Positions 61,528 through 64,000 of a DNA stretch of 64,000 nucleotides are shown piece after piece; within the stretch, counting starts at the first letter, position 1, and each line of letters starts with the position of its first letter. The stretch comes from Ostrea edulis (taxonomy: Eukaryota). The notes under the pieces are model-generated. The model was not told the origin of the DNA. It made no database searches and saw only the letters and a list, made by a program, of their open reading frames with translations. Location: NCBI RefSeq assembly GCF_947568905.1, contig NC_079164.1:34100001-34164000 (forward strand). Reading direction: 5' to 3'. The position numbers and the translations under genes were made by a program.

Positions 61528-63876
61528 ACGTGGAGCATTAAACAACATAGAACCAACCAACCTAACGTTATCTCGATCATCCAGACGTTTGTGCATACTC
61601 CCCATTGGGCACTTTCTATAGAAAAAAAAATCCCGTTAAATGGCGCTGATCTAGTAACCAAAAAATTAGGGGGGTGTTATTGAAAGAATGATAAAAATTG
61701 TGAGTTTCTTGTATGAATTCGAATAAATGATACTTTATCAGGATTAAATGAAAATATTGTATTTTAAACTAGAGTCATACCACGTGTCGTATTCAACTTG
61801 TATAATAGTCACGCAAAGAAGAATTCAAACAGATCTTTTACGGAAGAAAAATGTTCGAAACTCTGAATCTGTTTTTATTTCAGTGGAAAATGTATTTTTT
61901 CAGCTCTGTAGAGTTCGATTCAAAGTAGTGTAATAATGTTAATAATCATATGAATTAATGATCTATGAAATTTTACATGTGAACTGTAATTATGTACTTT
62001 CAACTGTCTAGTTGCCAAATAAATTGTTATTAGTATACGTCTATGCAACGCGTAATCTGATTGGTCTAGACAGTCACGTGTCAGGAATGACAAAACTTCT
62101 CATCTCCCTCTCAAGCATCATATCTCCCCTATCTTATTTCACCCCTTGGGAAGCCTCGTGCATTTTCCATAAATTTAACGTCAAGGTAGACGAAGTTTTT
62201 TCCTGAAACGGTCGGTACATGTATTTAGAGACAAGAATCTTTGATTTTTAAAAACTGAGATTCCATGCCAGGGCAAGTGTTGGCATGGTAAAGAATCTTT
62301 GCTGCTACGAAGATCTCAGAGGGACATGAAACAGACAACGAAACACTTCTCACGAGTTATGAAACTTTATATGAAAACAAAATGTTGTGAATTCAGGAAT
62401 TTTAAATAATTTAATAACTGGCTTTACAACTCCCAGTGCATAATTCTTTAAGCAGAACAGCATTAACTAAGACCTATCCTACTTTACGCTATTTATTTTT
62501 TCTATTAAGTATGCATATGGACACCCATTCCAAAGATTAAGAATCACCAGTAGTGCGTGGACCTCATAACAAATAACACCGTCTTTCGCAAACACTCTCT
62601 TGTCAATCTACAGCATTGTACACATATGAAAATGAAAGATGAAGTCATACATGACAAATTTATCAAAAAAGAAAACTGATACCATCCAAAGTTAAGAAAA
62701 ACCGAATGCTCTATCTGATACTAGTAAACAAAAATAAATTATAGATATTGGTAAAGATATCAACATCTAGATAGATTCATGCCTAGGTAATAAACAATCA
62801 TGTATTATTGAACACTCATTCTTAACATCGATTTTCTTTGGATTCATTGTATAGATACGTATATGTATGTCTTAAAATAAATTAAAGTTTCTGTGATTGT
62901 GCTGATACTACATAAAAATTAAATATCTGTTTAGGAAAAGCAGAAAAGGTTGTCCGAAAATTATGAATTTTGCAACTTTGAGCGGGTTCAAAATAGTTAT
63001 GTTGTGTTAATATAACATATATTATGTTGGTTGTATTACGCATTTTTAACTCGTACAGAAATGTTACCAGCTATAGGAGAAGTGCCACAAATTTAAACCT
63101 ACGGTATGTTTAGCACTAAGGCCAAATCAAGGAAGGTTCTTTAACAAACCAACGCCTTGTGCAACACGGGACCTCAGTTTCTAAAGTCATATCTAAACGA
63201 CCCGTGATTCTCACTTCTAAATGCCGAACACCTGGTGAAGGAGCAATCGCTACCTATGTTTACGTCTTAGGTTTGATGTGGCCATGGCACGAGCGGTTCA
63301 CGAACTCAGAACCTCCCGGTTACGAAGCGAACGCTTTACCACTGAGCCACCGCGACTGGTTCATACATTATGTAGTCTTCCATCAGCATGGCTCACGGTA
63401 TGGGCACTTTCAGGAGCATTTGTTTTTTTTAAGAACACATCTTGTTTTGTACTGCTGCTATTAGAATTTAGCTTAGGTATATGCAGCTAGAACGAGAAAT
63501 TTATTATAGATTTCGCAGCCGTTTGGCTAGTGATACTTTTAACTAATACTAAGGTGACCAATTTGTTCCTTGAAATTATTGGGGGGGGGGGGGGGGGATT
63601 AGAATATCAAAACGAATTGAAAATATACTACCCTGAGAGATTTGTGATAGGGGGAAATAATTTTTTAAAACAATGATTTTGTGAAATCGTCTTTTTAGCG
63701 ATTTCAAACAGTTCTTTTTAGTTGAAAATGAAGGGAAATATTAATAAAATGATTGTCTTGAATTTTAGAGGTTGAGATTCCTTTTAACTCCGACCAATGA
63801 CAAAGGAATACAGGCAACGGATGGGTATCACGTGGTCCGAATGAATGGCGGCATTGTCATCGGAGAGAAGGTTTAG
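44242..63876 (+). CDS. DAT: Sodium/chloride-dependent dopamine transporter, invertebrate DAT type (SLC6 monoamine transporter); complete, 14 coding exons, 1908 nt, 635 aa
   Basis: Exons 44242-44320, 51024-51176, 51551-51685, 52011-52329, 52824-52962, 53565-53699, 54285-54388, 57234-57358, 57535-57647, 57740-57868, 59002-59101, 60765-60865, 61039-61206 and 63769-63876 splice into one open frame. Motifs: TM1 [17 protein letters not shown] (monoamine Asp), TM3 [10 protein letters not shown]6 [17 protein letters not shown]8 LGLDSSFGGSEA, TM10 [16 protein letters not shown]. Confidence 0.95.
47722..47839. repeat. 118-bp spacer-less palindrome (one mismatch), in the DAT intron after coding exon 1
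   Basis: GCCGGTGT(A/T)GAGGCAAATTTTGACTCCCATAGAATAATGACCGGGGGTCATTTTTCGAC|GTCGAAAAATGACCCCCGG...ACACCGGC. Confidence 0.92.
49190..49378. repeat. 20-bp minisatellite, about 9 copies
   Basis: GTACGGAGTCTATA(G/A)AT(T/C)(C/T)(G/A). Confidence 0.9.
50036..50580 (-). mobile_element. Penelope-like 3' fragment (same family), in the DAT intron after coding exon 1
   Basis: [20 protein letters not shown] remnant plus the same 3' UTR and end. Confidence 0.72.
51024..51176 (+). CDS. DAT: DAT coding exon 2 (TM1)
   Basis: ttacag| ...[37 protein letters not shown]|gtaatg. Confidence 0.97.
51551..51685 (+). CDS. DAT: DAT coding exon 3 (TM2)
   Basis: gccag| [46 protein letters not shown]|gtact. Confidence 0.97.
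52011..52329 (+). CDS. DAT: DAT coding exon 4 (TM3 and EL2)
   Basis: tttag| [23 protein letters not shown]...[14 protein letters not shown]...SPAEEYF AA|gtaagg. Confidence 0.97.
52824..52962 (+). CDS. DAT: DAT coding exon 5 (TM4)
   Basis: tttcag| [46 protein letters not shown]|gtaaga. Confidence 0.97.
53565..53699 (+). CDS. DAT: DAT coding exon 6 (TM5)
   Basis: ttatag| [45 protein letters not shown]|gtaagg. Confidence 0.97.
54285..54388 (+). CDS. DAT: DAT coding exon 7 (TM6)
   Basis: ttgcag| [36 protein letters not shown]|gtttgt. Confidence 0.97.
54700..54860 (-). mobile_element. Penelope-like 3' UTR fragment, in the DAT intron after coding exon 7
   Basis: Terminal 160 bp of the same UTR. 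Confidence 0.65.
54950..55295. repeat. 31-bp minisatellite, about 11 copies
   Basis: TAGTAGATTATAGGTAC(T/C)GTTCATTGTACTA. Confidence 0.9.
55685..56200 (-). mobile_element. Decayed family A SINE with an internal 22-bp minisatellite expansion
   Basis: 3' module at 55700-55860, B-box remnant ATCGAACCCTGG at about 56170, array at 55900-56125. Confidence 0.6.
55900..56125. repeat. 22-bp GC-rich minisatellite, about 10 copies
   Basis: CTAATGCCGGGCGCT(C/T)AGTGTT. Confidence 0.88.
57234..57358 (+). CDS. DAT: DAT coding exon 8 (TM7)
   Basis: aacag| [42 protein letters not shown]|gtaacc. Confidence 0.97.
57535..57647 (+). CDS. DAT: DAT coding exon 9 (TM8)
   Basis: gtatag| [38 protein letters not shown]|gtatgt. 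Confidence 0.97.
57740..57868 (+). CDS. DAT: DAT coding exon 10 (end of TM8, TM9)
   Basis: ttctag| [43 protein letters not shown]|gtaaat. Confidence 0.97.
59002..59101 (+). CDS. DAT: DAT coding exon 11 (TM10)
   Basis: ttgcag| [34 protein letters not shown]|gtatgt. Confidence 0.97.
60125..60668 (-). mobile_element. Penelope-like retroelement 3' fragment (RT C-terminus plus 3' UTR), longest copy; in the DAT intron after coding exon 11
   Basis: Decayed frame [63 protein letters not shown] resembles the [20 protein letters not shown] end of a PLE RT, followed by about 230 bp of UTR ending TTATCTTCACCTTTCAT. Confidence 0.75.
60765..60865 (+). CDS. DAT: DAT coding exon 12 (TM11)
   Basis: ttacag| [34 protein letters not shown]|gtaaga. 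Confidence 0.97.
61039..61206 (+). CDS. DAT: DAT coding exon 13 (TM12)
   Basis: tgacag| [56 protein letters not shown]|gtaaat. Confidence 0.96.
61292..61562 (+). mobile_element. SINE family B, in the last DAT intron
   Basis: Near-complete copy with an (AACC)n tail. Confidence 0.78.
63769..63876 (+). CDS. DAT: DAT coding exon 14 (C-terminus and stop)
   Basis: ttttag| [35 protein letters not shown]; RLxxLxTP matches the conserved SLC6 C-terminal segment; phase 0 matches exon 13. Confidence 0.88.
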   Translation, partial: RLRFLLTPTNDKGIQATDGYHVVRMNGGIVIGEKV

Positions 63877-64000
63877 GGCCTGCAACGGAGGTGTACAAAA
63901 ACACCGAGTAGGAAGTGCACGTTTCCCACGGAAACCGAATGTGTACATGTATGTTATATTCTAGTCCAAGTTCTAGTCATGAGAAAGCTATTGCGCGTTG

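Overview
Eukaryotic, AT-rich, intron-containing DNA; the repeat families and protein features point to a bivalve mollusc, probably an oyster (inferred from memory of these families, not searched). Two host genes can be reconstructed exon by exon. (1) The 5' part of a microsomal glutathione S-transferase 3 (MGST3/MAPEG) gene on the minus strand: 3 coding exons at 74-1471, running off the left edge. (2) A complete invertebrate-type dopamine transporter (SLC6, DAT) gene on the plus strand: 14 coding exons at 44242-63876, 635 aa, all GT-AG introns with matching phases. The roughly 41 kb between them is mostly mobile DNA. It holds a full-length but disabled RTE-clade LINE (7970-11507, minus strand, 14-bp TSD) whose first nucleotide is G1 of an HDV-like self-cleaving ribozyme fold. 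That LINE landed on the end of a foldback element, which itself sits inside a Penelope-like (Naiad-type) fragment. Across the window there are at least 8 Penelope-like 3' fragments, two SINE families sharing a 3' module, many palindromic MITEs, Helentron-associated repeats and minisatellites, plus several stop-poor, unidentifiable coding-like remnants. No CRISPR array, rRNA or intact tRNA gene was found. Exon, TSD and ribozyme coordinates were counted by hand; boundaries of decayed repeats are approximate (about +/-20 bp).
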